Shown here: in pieces, positions 45,106 to 59,379 of the stretch | Position numbering within the stretch: position 1 is the first letter of the stretch | Layout: each line of letters begins with the position of its first letter | From: Eledone cirrhosa | Taxonomy: Eukaryota | Direction of reading: 5' to 3' | Length of the DNA stretch: 64,000 nt | Assembly (NCBI GenBank): GCA_964016885.1 | Contig: OZ024751.1 | Span: 37,262,001-37,326,000, forward strand | Program-made: the position numbers and the translations under genes | The notes under the pieces: generated by a model | Databases searched by the model: none | The model's input: the letters and a program-made list of their open reading frames with translations, nothing else | Told to the model about the DNA's origin: nothing

Positions 45106-45676
45106 GATAAATCTACCAAGAGTTTACGGTAGTGTCCAATCCGTATGAAGAACTCAATGTAATCCGGATATCATGGAAAGAAGAGATGCATTCAAAAATC
45201 ACTTTCGGCGAAAGATAAACGAAATACAGAGTCAAGATAAAATATTAAAAAAATAATGAATAAAACAATGAAACAGTTCCTTATATTAAACAAAAAAAGT
45301 TCATTATTTAACGATCGTTTCTAGGACATATATGTGTTAGAATTGGCATGCATACTCAACAGATCTATGTACAAAATTATACAAAATTATACAAACTATC
45401 AAATTTAATATACATACCAACACATATATATGCCGTCTTCAGAAATAATATTTCTGAATAAACATTATTTCTGAAGACGGCATATATATGTGTTGGTATG
45501 TATATTAAATTTGATAGTTTGTATAATTTTGCATAATTGTGTACATAGATCTGTTGAGTATGCAGGCCAATTCTAACACATATATGTCCTAGAAACGATC
45601 GTTAAATAATGAACTTTTTTTGTTTAATATAAGGAACTGTTTCATCGTTTTATTCATTATTTTTTTAATATTTTAT
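45103..45676 (-). mobile_element. Fold-back PLE-like insertion, family C
   Basis: Near-identical inverted arms at 45237-45449 and 45463-45676; tail 45103-45236; (TA)n on both sides. Confidence 0.88.
45463..45611 (+). ncRNA. Type I hammerhead ribozyme with extended stem II (family C); mirror copy on minus strand at 45302-45449
   Basis: Stem I cattattt/aaataatg (8 bp). CTGAAGA at 45471. Stem II cggcatatatatgtgttgg/ctaacacatatatgtccta. GAAAC gatc GTT at 45592-45603. Confidence 0.8.
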
Positions 45677-45695
45677 ATATATATATATATATATA

Positions 45696-45958
45696 TTGTT
45701 ATACTTTGGGAGGGTCATGTTGCCAATAAGAAACACACGCACCAGTTGCTTTCACTTCAATTTAATTTATTATATATTTATAAATTTACAAATTTATAAA
45801 TTTCTGGTTGGTTGGTTGGTTCCACAACCAGATAGTTGTTTATATATATATAGTCATAGTTCTTTCGTCACACACTCTGTGACCTCTTCAGTGACTGGGT
45901 ATTTCTTTCTTCGTTTCTGTGCCTTTCCTTTCTTCTATCCTACGCCATTTCAGAAACG

Positions 45959-45960
<2 letters not shown>
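45696..45960 (+). mobile_element. Family E insertion: inverted unit plus 12-bp tail end
   Basis: Reverse complement of about 61650-61884 joined to ttcagaaacgaa; (TA)n on both sides. Confidence 0.85.
45852..45896 (-). ncRNA. Minimal type I hammerhead ribozyme (family E)
   Basis: Minus strand agtca CTGAAGA g gtcaca-gagtg-tgtgac GAAA g aa CTA tgact; stem I 5 bp, stem II 6 bp. Confidence 0.8.
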
Positions 45961-46032
<72 letters not shown>

Positions 46033-46547
46033 GAGTTGGTTTTCTCGTTGCTTTGGTTCTTGCGGCTGGCTCACCGGTCGCAGTCTTCAATTTGTCAAGC
46101 TGTCTAAACGTACGTTATTACTCTAAGGTGAAACTACCTTATTGAGTGCTTAGCTGCACATTCTGAATTGCATTCGTTAGCTTGGCCGTAGCCGGATTTT
46201 CGATTCTACTGAACTTCCATTGGTGTGTGTATATATATCTATATATATATAAAGGCAATCGTTTCAAAAGGCAAGAACCAAAAATAACATTGCTTTACGC
46301 GTACAATTTTGGGTGTTAACGCTGGATTAGATATTTCTAACATCATGTACCGCAACGTTAGAACTCATGCACTCTCAGAGAACAAAAACAAGCTTCGAAA
46401 TACACGCAAGTTAATTAATCAGATCCCTAGGTAATAAAGATTGTTATTTTATTTCTATCATTATATAGCCTGGTCCAAAAGAGAAATTGGAACTTCAAAT
46501 ACTATATATATATATATATTTGTGTGTGTATGTATGTATCGATGAGC

Positions 46548-46585
<38 letters not shown>

Positions 46586-47394
46586 GCGTGAGAGAGGGAG
46601 AGGTGTGTGGTACACTATTAAATGAAAATTTCCATGGTTTCCAATCCTGTTTTCCCATATTTTTCTTATATATGTGTGTGTGGGTGTTTGCATTGATCTT
46701 TTATATTATAATCCGTCGACACAAAAAAAATATATATGTATACACAATTAATGCAATATGAAAACTCCTATCTAGGAATTAAGGCGTTGAGTTCCTATTA
46801 ACAATAAAATTTGGCGTGCTTGCATTGTTTTAATGAGAAGTTCAAACAATTAGTTTTCTGATCCACAACATGATATGAGGAAATGAGAAAATGATGATAC
46901 TCTATTAAATTTGCTACATTAAAGCTGCTTAGCTCGTTAAAAGCTAAACCCAATGAGGTTTTCATCAACGAGGAATGGGTTCCTGATGCTTTAGATGTAT
47001 TACCACTACAAAGTTGCAAAACAACATTATATATATATATATATGTGTGTGTGTGTTTGTGTGTGTATGTGTGCGTTTATATATATATATATATATATAG
47101 TTGTATACAACTATAGAGATATTCGTACATACAAATATAAATAAATATATATTATTTAAACATATGTATATATGTATATATATATATAGTTAGATTTATA
47201 GAGAGAAGATATATATGTCATATAGACATATGTATACATATATATCTGTGTATGCGTGTGTTTGTATGTAGGTATGTATGATCCAATTTCATTATTATGG
47301 AATGGTTTATTAGCTAGTAGATGTATATTCTTATATTTGTATGTATGTGTAAAGTGACATGAATTATCTTGTTCTTACAGGTCTTTGGAGCGTC

Positions 47395-47456
<62 letters not shown>

Positions 47457-49029
47457 GCATTTGACCATACTTTCACATCAACATTAATAACATGTATATA
47501 TATATATGTGTGTGTGTATGTATGTATCGTATACACCGTCTTCTCTGTCTCTCTCTCTAGTATATACTGTATAAGCAGGCAAGTGTGTAGAAAGAGGTGT
47601 TGTATGTCCAAACGTACATAAAACAACTCAATTATCCAGAGAATGAGCAAAAATATTTTCACGCATACACATGTATGTATGTATGTATGTGTGTATGTGT
47701 GTGTGTATGTATATATATATATATTTATATTATATATATATATATATATATATTTAAGTCATTCCCTGTACATCTGCACTCATAACACTGTTCAATGATA
47801 TATTTTCAGCTATGCCCTTATTTTCATTTCTGAATTTGAATTTTGATATGTTAGTTTGAAAGAATCTGATTAATCTGCTTGCTTTGTTTACCTGAAACTT
47901 AATGAATACTACAATACATTGTATTGCGATATTCACCTCAGTATTTTGATCTTCGTGAAAGATATACATGGTATATTATATTAAATCATAAAAAAGAATT
48001 AAACATAGGATAGACATAATGTTTAAAGTTCTAATTTTTCGCGATTTATTTTTTTCATATCAAATTCTTGTGAACCATTTATTTTCTTGGAAAAACCCAA
48101 CCATAGAAATGTAGGATTTCTCACAAAGATAGAAATCGATGATGACATGGATCGTTTAGGAAATCAATACAGTAATATTGGCCTCATTTTGTAAAATCAA
48201 CAAATGTGTCATACAATCTTATTACACAGTTTTGTTCCAATTAGCTAAAACTAATTTTTCCAATTAAACACGAGAATAGGGTGTGTCGTAAGATGCATAT
48301 TAGTGTGAAAAACACATGTATTTTTACAGTTCAGCCAAAGTATTTTCTGAATTCTAATTACTAATTGATTTGGGGGAAAAATAATGAGATAATAATACAC
48401 ATGACATATTCTTTGAAAATATATTCATGAAGAAAACATTTCCTTATCAATATTACTATTTTATTTGCCATATCAGGTTTGTCTCAATTAATGTTAAATT
48501 TTAATCGATGAGTGAATTCTTGTTTATTTATGATAGGTGTCCTTATATAAGGTGAACTCTAGATTAATACATAGATAATATAATCACTATCAAATAGGTA
48601 TAGAGTACATCGCAGTAACACAATAATGGGGGCAGATACGTACCCTTGTGCCCTCGCACAACCTTAACACAGCAATTACTCTATCAATAGGTCATTAAGA
48701 TTGTATTTAAAATAGCCGATGGATGAGATTTAATCATCGTACTCTCGGATATATATGTGAATAGTAATTAAAGTTATTGTACCTCATGTTGAAATATAGG
48801 GCTCCAATGAGGTGAATACACTGTGGAAACATTAAAATAATTATGACCTTAAACAATGATTGTATCTAAGTGATCAGATAACTTGTGTGTTAACAAGAAC
48901 TGCACCTGGCATTGCAAATGATAATAATGATTGGGAGAATGATCGTCATTAGTTTGTTTGGGAGATATATAGTGTGCTTATCAGACTTAATGCCTCATTA
49001 CCTTCTAGGTTATACGATATATCACAGAG

Positions 49030-49770
49030 ATGATGATGATTGTGATGGTAATGATCGGCCTGATAAAATATTGCGTCTACTGCTGCTGTTAAAGATTATT
49101 GTGATGATGGTTATGATGATGATGATGGTGGCTATAATGATAATGATGATGATGGTGGCTATAATGATAATGATGATGATAGTGGCTATAATGATAATGA
49201 TGATGATGGTGATGATGATGGTTGTAATCATGAACATGGTGGTGATGGTGATAATGATGTTGTTCTTGATCATGATGGTGATGGTAATGATGGTCGTGAT
49301 GAATATTGCTTCTGGTGATGATAATTATTCAGACGATGCCTATATTGATGGTGATGATGGTGATGATGATTACCACAATCATGATGGTGATCATAATGGT
49401 GATGTTAATGGTGGACGTCATGAAGATTGCTGTTCGTCATGATTGTGAGAAAGAGGGATATGATGGTTAAAATGATGGTGATGATGATGATGTTAACCAT
49501 GATGGTGATGATGATGCCGACCAGGATGGTAACGATGGATATGATAAATATTGCTGCTGGTGAAGCTGATGATGATTGTGAAGGTGATTATGTTGATGAT
49601 GATAATACTACTGATGATGATATTAATGTAGATCGGGATATTGTTGCTGGTGAGGTTGATGATTGCTATGTAGGCTATGATTAAGGTGAAGATGATGATG
49701 ATGATAATGGCGATGATGATAATGGTGATGAGGATGATGATGAAGGTGATGAGGATGCTGTTGGTCACGA
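49030..49770. repeat. Degenerate (GAT/ATG)n low-complexity region
   Basis: Seen directly; gives M/D-rich spurious ORFs. Confidence 0.9.
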
Positions 49771-51190
49771 TGAGGAAGAGTTTATAATTCTAATCATCAT
49801 CACCATCGTTATCACTCTAACAGCCATATTTATCTCCAACTCGGAGATCACATCACATATTTAGAAATTTAATATGGAATAGAACAATATGTGCTGAACA
49901 AACAAAAATACGGTCGGTAGAACAAACATAATTTAAAGAGCGCGTTATAAGATACATAGCAGTAATATGATGGATCGGCTGACTGAAGGTGAATCTTTTA
50001 TGATTTCAACAAAAGTCTGTTGCAATTTTGAAGTTTTATTACCGTTATTTAAATATTAAATAAATCGTTATTTTATTTTTACTTTTAAACTGGTTATTCA
50101 ATGGAAAACCTGCATGTCACCGAACACATCAAAATGTCTCGGAAGATATCACTTTGAAATGTTTAATAGAAAACAGAAGAAATTCAATGAAACAGAATGG
50201 AATCAGTTTCAAATCAGAAAGCTGTGTTTAGTATCTATATTTCCGAATGAAGAGAAAAGGGCATTCTATGGTGCATGGTTTAATATCAAATATTCTTTTA
50301 TTCATTTTCATTTAGGTAAGCTTTCAAAATAAAATTAAAACCCTCCCCGTAAATACTTCTGGTTTAGAAGACTTTTATATTATTTATTGAATGGGTTTTT
50401 AACTGAAGACTTCGGTTATATTTCTCCCTTTCATGTCAGGATATTTCTTTGAACTAACGTACAATAACGTAGTATTAATAATCATAAATCATACAGATCT
50501 CTTTAAAATTGAAATGTCTTTCTAGTTGCTTGATCCCAAATATTTCACATGATTGAGCAAGAGATGACAGGGGTTTAAATAGCATTCTATGAGATAGTAC
50601 TTTATAGTTTATACGCCCGTGTGTTGTTGAGAGGATATAGATTTAAATGCATGTTGCAGTTATGCTTCTTTTATATATTCGTCATCTTTCTATGCCGTGC
50701 TTTTGCAGTGTAAGAAATAAGGAATACATTTTAATAGAATAACAAAACTTTGATCTCTTCTATAGCCTTGCATTACAATACAATTTGAAATTTAATTGAA
50801 GTGATATAAAAGTCCCTGCATACCACAAAAATCATAAAAATATCACCAAGGATACAACGATGAAAGGAAATGCCATCCTCCGGCTATGATTCAAACGATT
50901 ACGTACATCTTTATATAATTCGTATCTAAGTGTAGGCTTCACAAACTACGTTAATTATGTGATTTGGTTTCCGTAATACAATAATTTATTTTTTCATTCC
51001 TCCCTTTTGTCATTATTATTTGTTTCTAACTTAAAGATACAAGCATTGATAGAAAACAGCGGCTGTTAAAATGACAAAAGCTGCGATGATATAACAGGCA
51101 AATATGAAGTAATATATAGTTTCGATACATATATATATCAACACAAAATATACCCAATATAATATAGACATAATATGAATATTATATAAC

Positions 51191-51222
<32 letters not shown>

Positions 51223-52748
51223 AGAGAAAGATACTCATACATATATAAACAGAGTGTATCTCATTAAATACATAAAATTTAATCACTTCCGGATTGAAAC
51301 AGAGTCATGTTAAAGGATTTACATTATTGAAAAATCCGTGTAAACATAGATTTAAGTAGAAAAAAACCGTAGCTGTGCCTGCGTAAACATTTTCACGATT
51401 TCTACTTTAAATGATCACAGGAAACTTCTCAGAAGAGAGCAGCAATAAAGCTTATTGCCTTTAACAAATATGGAAGCACATACAATATATAAAATGTAAC
51501 TGCCATAACCTTACTCCTACCCATTTTCAAGTAGATTTTTATTTTCGAATTCCATGTTACTTTTGCTTTATATCTTTTCTTATTTGTTTAATTTTATTGA
51601 ATTGTATATGTTCTTGAATGTTTGTTTTTCATTATATTGATGCGTCTATTTTTTTTTTTTTATTCTAATAGTATTTATCCCAGACATCGATTTCAACATT
51701 TCCCTGTCTCTCATAAGAGTAGGATATAAAAATTGCAGTGAGAGACTTTATGCTTTTTCTCAGCATTTGTCCTTTTAACATTTGATGCGATCTGTGCTAA
51801 TTTTATGGCATTTTCCTGCTGGAATAAGCTTCTTATCTGCCTCAGTTGCTAAGGTTTGAGGTAAGGATATGTTTCTTCTGAAGAGTCGAAGAAGAGTGGA
51901 AAGGAAGTAATGTAATATAAACAATAGAAATATCAGTCTTTGTTATAAATCTCTTTTTGTTCTCTTCTCTTCATCTGTTCTGCTACTAGTTGGTGTATAT
52001 CTGTCAGTATGTGTGTGTGAGAATGAGTGTGTATCTCTGTGTGTGTGTGTATGCATGTGAGTATCTCTTTCCATTGCTATGCATACAATGCATATACGTA
52101 TACAATGAACTATCAAAGCATATCGATAAAGATGTGGAGCAACAAACAAACAAACAAAACCATAAACACAACTAACTACATTTACGTACACACACAAACA
52201 CACACAGAAATATACACACACACAAACACACACATTGGTGTATGTATTGTTACATATATGTACACACTATATATATATATATATATACTTGCATTCGTGT
52301 ATATATTGTTACATATATGTGTACACACACAAATCATATCATACATATATATATATATAAGATTGAGTGTGTGTGCATGTAGGCATAAAACAAAGCAATA
52401 TATATTTACAGAGTCACATGCTTAAAAATTAAATGGAGGTATTACATTGAAGGGGAATCAGTTAGAGCATCAATATGAAACATAAATAGAAAAATACCTC
52501 CTCTATTAGAAACTATAATGGCATTAAATACAAACATTGTTTAATCAATAAAAAAACATATCCAGTAACAATGTTTCCTTGAAAAAATAAAGCGGTTTAA
52601 AATAGACACACACACATATATGCGCACATAAAGAACTACACACATGCCTGCACACCAATATACACACTCCCACACACGTACACACACATACAGATATTTA
52701 TTAATATATATTTATATATATAGTTCAGTCTCCTACTTTCTCTTTATG

Positions 52749-52812
<64 letters not shown>

Positions 52813-53334
52813 CATACATACATACACGCACATTATATATATATATACATACACGCGCATTATATATATATATATTATATATATATATATATTATATATA
52901 TTCATAATGTGTGTATGTTTTTAGAAAGAAAGGTCGTATCGACCTCTGTACAAGTTTCAGATAGGGAAGGCGATTATATTGTCCAATAAAAAACACAATA
53001 GCTATAAAAATAAATGCAAAAGGACTTTTTTGACGAAAACGATGGCATCCAACGGAGATAAGATTATTTTTTTAATCTTTAAGTTAAAACAATATCCATT
53101 TAATGGTATTGCAAAGACAAAACGAAAACAAAAACTGTAACTAACAGTTGATGACGATGTAAAAGATACAGAAGTCAAGATGGCGGCTTCTTTAGTTCTA
53201 TATTTCTTTGTCCCCTTCCTTTCTTCATTTTCAACCTCTCACACTTTAGCGTTGCTCTAATCTGTCTTTATTTTGCGCTGTGCCTTCTACTTCTCTCCCC
53301 CTTCCCTCTTTATTGGATGTATAGTGAAATATAA

Positions 53335-53616
53335 TGTTCCAGCCGACTGGCTGATACCATGCTGGAGCACCACCGTAACGATAATAAATACTTTACTCAT
53401 GTCAGAAGACCTATATATGGCATGAACGAACATATAGTGAAGTATACCTCTTTTACCTGGTTCAGCTGACTGGCCGAGACCATGCTGGAGCATTGTCATA
53501 ACGATAATAAATACATTAGTATTAGTTCATGTCAGAAAGCTTACATATCGCATGAATGAATGTATAATGAAATGGCCTCAGTTTGTCGGCTGGAACAGGT
53601 AAAAGAGTAAAAGAAT
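53335..53616. repeat. Two-copy tandem repeat of about 125 bp including SINE-tail-like ends
   Basis: cagcYgactggcYgaKaccatgctggagca...aacgataataaatac...catgtcagaa occurs twice. It ends aggtaaaagagtaaaagaat (also near 3970-3990), with the reverse complement ctcttttacctg at about 53448. Confidence 0.7.
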
Positions 53617-54743
53617 TATATGTGGGATATGTGGGGTCAATATTTTAAAACGTTTAAACAGAAGAGCTGACATATCACGAAGAATCCATTTTACAGTTAT
53701 AGAAGAAAGATGTTTGTCTTCAGTGAGGAGCAAGAGTATGTCTGTTATTTGAGCAAGGCTGACATAACAGAACGAGTTAGGTAACTAATGCGTGTATGTG
53801 TATGTGTGCTTCTGTAAACTAATACATGCACTATGTTTGAGCGTATGTGATAACTCATAAAATATGTGTGAGTGTGTTCAATATCCTATGTGTCAAAAAG
53901 AAGGGTGTGGTTGCTGTTGGTGAAGCAGAATATTTTAATGGTTAGTATCGACCAAAAAATTCAAATACTTTCTAGTTTATAATTAATAAACTGAATTGTA
54001 AAGAACCTTATAATTATGTGTACATCTAAGGTGGATGTTTATTTCTCCAGTTATAACGTTATATTATTAACCGTAACATAAAAGGTTTATAGATCGTATT
54101 AGTACAGAGTAGAAAAAAAAAACTTTGTTCGATGTTTAGAGCGTAAAAGAAATATACGATTTAGTTGCACACTTTTAGGAGGACCTATTAACGGTATTAT
54201 AAAGAGGCGTATAATTATCAGATAATTTGTTATAATTACCTGTTAAGAATACATATTATCAGTGTTACATGAACAAGTTTGTTCTCTAGGTCGATCATGT
54301 TGATTCTTCTCGTGTCATTCAACGGATCCAATAAATACAAGAAATATAAAATAAGATTTAAAGCGTAAAAAGAAAATTAAAATCCGAGTTATTTGCAGAA
54401 AGTGAATTAATTTCTATTCCCTCCGTTATAAAAAGAGCTTCTAAAAATGAAGTATTATGTAATATCAAGTAAAATTGTAAAAATTTTCCTTATTCAATAT
54501 TACTTCAGTTTTCACTTTTGTACTTATTTCCGCTCTACCGGTCTTCCGAAAACAATATCATAAACACACACTTTTAATAATAATTCATATAAATTACAAC
54601 AGTTGTTATATAGGTTCCTACGAGAAATCAACGATCGTGAGATGTTTTGAAGAAGGAATAAATAAATAGCAACTTACAGAAGAGAGTTAATATTGGGTCA
54701 AATCCCGAAAAGCTTATTTTTAAATAAAATAACTTCAGATTTT

Positions 54744-54799
<56 letters not shown>

Positions 54800-54801
<2 letters not shown>

Positions 54802-54892
54802 CAAGATGTCCCCAAGAATGTATACACACTTTGATTACCTGAAAGGCAATATTATTAGAATGCTGTTGATGTGTGTTGGGGAACAGCCTGTA
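54800..54892. mobile_element. Small Tc1/mariner-like MITE remnant
   Basis: TA-caagatgtccccaa...ttggggaacagcctg-TA imperfect TIRs. Confidence 0.45.
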
Positions 54893-54915
54893 TATATATA
54901 TTTATATATATATAG

Positions 54916-54988
54916 CAAAACTATTTGAATGTATAGGTTTTATAGAGAATGCTAACCTCACCCATTTTAGCCCCATACTATTCTCTGG

Positions 54989-55032
<44 letters not shown>

Positions 55033-55047
55033 TATAAATACATATGT

Positions 55048-55095
<48 letters not shown>

Positions 55096-55333
55096 TGTTA
55101 TACTTGGGGAGGGTCATATTGTTGTAATAATATTGCCAGAATTAATAACAGAACACACTCAGTTTGGTTGGTTTTCGCTTCTGTATCGTCTATATCAGTT
55201 AATTTATTCGGTCCTCAATGTTTACCATTGACTGACCAATATATATATATATATATATTAGCCAGAGAATAGTATGGGGCTAAAATGGCTGAGACTAGCA
55301 TTCTCTATAAAACCTATACATCAAGTAGTCTTG
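54916..55333. repeat. Inverted repeat with arms of about 77 bp enclosing microsatellites
   Basis: 54916-54992 is the reverse complement of 55258-55333 with few mismatches. Confidence 0.9.
55095..55238. mobile_element. Family A single-arm fragment within (TA)n
   Basis: Aligns to 12900-13054 from the same ttgttatacttggggagggtcat terminus. Confidence 0.85.
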
Positions 55334-56214
55334 ATGCGAAGCCAATGGTTAAAGCCATGAAATCAAACACTGAAGCAGTAAGAGTCGCACAAAACTCTGA
55401 AGAATGTTAAAAAAATTCACTAGTAAAATTCCATTGTTATTTTGATAATATCCCGTGGAGGAAGAACTAAGCGTAGTTCAAAATTAGGACTAGCACTAAC
55501 ATGCGTAAATCGAATAACAACATTCCCATAGCTGATGTAATTTTCCGTATGAATTCATATATAAATAATATAGCTTGATATTCATTCTAAAGAGAAACTG
55601 TGAACACAACAATAATTTCCCTGCTATATAAAAAAAGCGTTGAATATTTTATAACTTTTCCGTTTTATTGAAAACACCTCATGGTATTTTGAAATTGGTA
55701 AATGTTATGATATTGTGTTACAACTCCAGACAAATTAAGTAGAATATATATACTATGTAGACATTTCACACCATTTATAGAATTATCTGTCTGGTGCATG
55801 GAATTCGAATTAAGACAAGTCAATATTTGCACAGAATCATGTCATTCTACTTTTATTTCACTATGAAGATCATTTCCAGATTGAGTATATATATGTTTTT
55901 CTGGTGCCGTTTTTGGTTATTTCATTCTTTTCCTTGTTCGAGTCATTAGTCTGCGGCCATGCTACGGATCTCCTTGCACGGAGTTAGTTAGTCGAACGTG
56001 TTGACCGGAGAGAGAGAGAGGGTAAAATAAGGCAGATTACAGTGAGATATAGGAAGACGTAAACGAGGATACATTTACATAAAGTTATTAGTTTCACTCT
56101 TGCTAGGAAAAGGATATGAATGTTTCAACGTATCGGACGTTTGCCCTTCAACAAGAAAGAGCAGAGTTAAGAGGAAAAAAGGGGATGTTGAACAAATTTA
56201 GACTGCTGGATATT

Positions 56215-56262
<48 letters not shown>

Positions 56263-56344
56263 TATGACTAGTTAAACTTATCATATAGTTCTAACGAAGA
56301 TGCCTATCTACTTCTAATGTCAACACATTGTTACCGGTGATTTT

Positions 56345-56435
56345 ATGAAGTGTTGAAATTACTGCATGCAAGATTTCACAGCTCTAACATCACCTCTTCA
56401 TAATCAACCTATGAAATCTCCAGCCTAACCTCGTA
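56345..56435. mobile_element. Fragment of the mariner-like MITE family at 38656
   Basis: gttgaaattactgcatgcaagatttcaca is the reverse complement of the internal unit; aacctatgaaatctccagcctaacctcgta resembles the right TIR. Confidence 0.6.
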
Positions 56436-56672
56436 TATACAACGAGCTTCATTTACATTTCTATAATATATTCTATAATGATTGAAAAGGGTCTGACAAG
56501 AACATCTTAGCAAAAGGACGAAAATAAGTAAAACAGTTAATGAAATTAAACATTCATAGAACCGTCTCAGGTATTTGGAAGAGGAAATTTAAGGTTATCA
56601 CCTTTCGTTATAACCTTTAGGTTATATATTCTAGTATTGGTTCGCCTAGAAATGCCCATATATGGTATCTGG

Positions 56673-56674
<2 letters not shown>

Positions 56675-56721
<47 letters not shown>

Positions 56722-56925
56722 ATACATATATATACACATACATATATATATACACATACATACATATATACACATACATACATACATATATACACATACA
56801 TACATACATATATACACATACATACATACATATATACACATACATACATACATATATACACATACATACATACATATATACACATACATACATACATATA
56901 TACACATACATACATACATATATAC

Positions 56926-57009
<84 letters not shown>

Positions 57010-57110
57010 AGAGAATCTCCATAGTATTAACACTGGGAAATATTTTAATTTAGCGGACTCTACAAATGTCCCTAGTTAATGTCGTTTTGACAGTCCTTCC
57101 TACTCCCCAT

Positions 57111-57205
<95 letters not shown>
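56675..57205. repeat. (TA)/(TACA)n and (CA)n microsatellites with a short unique spacer
   Basis: Seen directly. Confidence 0.9.
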
Positions 57206-57209
<4 letters not shown>

Positions 57210-57603
57210 CATTTATATATATACGTTGTTGTTTGTGTGATTGTTTTGTCCTCTCTCTAATAATTACCGGAGAATAGCCAACTAATTATACAACGTCCTT
57301 GTATTAAATTTACTTACTTCCCGCGGGAAATAATTCGTGGATAACATGTATAGAACTAAGCATTTAGAGAACAGCTACTTCGAGTTGACGATAAAGTTTT
57401 TGGAAACAAATGTGTTTAAAATAATAGGTAGTAATCATATTAGCAATATTTTAAATTGTCTAAAGTATAAATTATGCACATTAGTGTTTCTTCTGATTAA
57501 ATAAAAATAGCTTTGGCATCCTGTATATCTCATCAGCGAGAGCACTTTCAGAATAGGTAGGAATTTTATGGAATGTAAAAAGAAACATCTGCAACTTCAT
57601 GTG

Positions 57604-57646
<43 letters not shown>

Positions 57647-57649
57647 GTA

Positions 57650-57694
<45 letters not shown>

Positions 57695-57778
57695 TTATGT
57701 GTGTGTGTGTGTGTAATGATATATATAAATCTCATACACACACACATATATATTATACATCCTTATACACACACATAC

Positions 57779-57809
<31 letters not shown>

Positions 57810-57929
57810 AGGATGTATAATATATGTGTGTGTGTGTGTGTGTGTGTATACTTACATACTCAAACATATACACACACATTCATGCCTTATAAACATACAT
57901 ATATGTGTGTGTGTGTGTGAGTGTGCGTT

Positions 57930-58079
57930 TAGAGAGTGAGGGGGAGAGAGACGAGAGAGAGAGCGAGAGAGAGACGAGGGAGAGAGAGAGACGAGAGAGA
58001 GACAGGGAGAAAGACGAGAGACAGACGAGAGAGGGAAGGAGACGAGAGAGGGAGAGAGACGGGAGAGAGATGTAGAGAC

Positions 58080-58175
<96 letters not shown>

Positions 58176-58212
58176 AAGAGAGATAGAGATAGAGAGAGAG
58201 ACGGCAGAGAGA
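57930..58212. repeat. (GA)n polypurine tract
   Basis: Seen directly. Confidence 0.95.
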
Positions 58213-58562
58213 GAAATTACGTATTTAAACTCACACATACTTTGACATCTTACTCTGTCTATCTGATGAAGTAAATATGAGCTAATTTCCCGCTTTCAAG
58301 AGCGTAATGAAACATGTTTATATTTTAAGCTTTCATTAAAGATGGTAACATGAAATAAAATATATAACGACAAATAAAAAATATTTCACACCGTATGTAT
58401 CAATTTAGATTGTATTGGATTCAAGAAAAGAAGCGAGTAGGCAACTCGTCAGAGCGTATCATGGAAACAATGATTCAATTGTTCATACTGATGCTAGCTG
58501 CCGGTTGCAACACCTAACAGAGCGAGGATATAAGCTAAAAAGAAAAAAAAATAACAAACCGG

Positions 58563-58614
58563 ATAAGGTGGCTGGTTGAAATAAGGTGGCTGGTTGAAAT
58601 AAGGTGGCTGGTTG
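58563..58614 (+). repeat. 18-bp tandem repeat, 3 copies
   Basis: Unit ataaggtggctggttgaa. Confidence 0.9.
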
Positions 58615-59379
58615 CAAGGTATATTATTTCTCATATTGTAGTTTAGCTCACTTTCGACCAGAGTCCAAACTAAAGATAAACAGCTCGGTGACAAGTGAGA
58701 TTGGAACCCAGATACACGTTGTTTCGCAGCTTGATTCTTTATCATAAAATAAGACAGGCTTTATACATAAAAATATGTCTGTGCTGACAGTTATTCACAC
58801 TATTGATGGCCCATAAAATAAAAATACTATACAATAAAATAAAGACAACTACTCGTGTTGATTAAATCGACTTCAACACCTCCATACAACGTGTCATTAT
58901 ATCAATGTTAAACAAACAAAAAACAAAGACAAAAACGAACCACTGCCACCAAAATAAAAAAACAACAACAACAAAAACAACATTATTATCATTATTGTCA
59001 TTTAGCTTCATTTTCCCCTGATGAAATTGTTTTATTTCTAACCTTATCCCTCACCATTACCCCCACCTTATTGTTCTATCTATCGGTTTACTTTAGTCGT
59101 TAATAAGGTAGAGGGAGGGGGATATTCTCTGGTTGCTGTTTCATGTCTTGTGAGACATCATCACTGGGATTCTCACTGAAATAGATTACTCACCTATTTT
59201 AATAAAGAGTAAAACCCGCAAAAAAGACAATGAAAGCAACAAAAACATGTCCTAAATATAGCTAAAATATAGTTAGCGTGTGTAAATATACACATTCATA
59301 GGAGAATGTATATATATATATATGAGAATACGTTTGTATACAACTTTTATGATAAAGTGTTGCTTATCCATATTACACA

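Noticed and set aside
48912-49768. M/D/I-rich ORFs
   Set aside because: Degenerate (GAT)n low complexity.
53176-53187. Perfect YY1-type motif caagatggcggc as a promoter or start codon
   Set aside because: A single motif; the ATG opens only 26 codons and there is no other promoter evidence.
57852-58274. ER/SL-rich ORFs
   Set aside because: Translation of the (GA)n tract.
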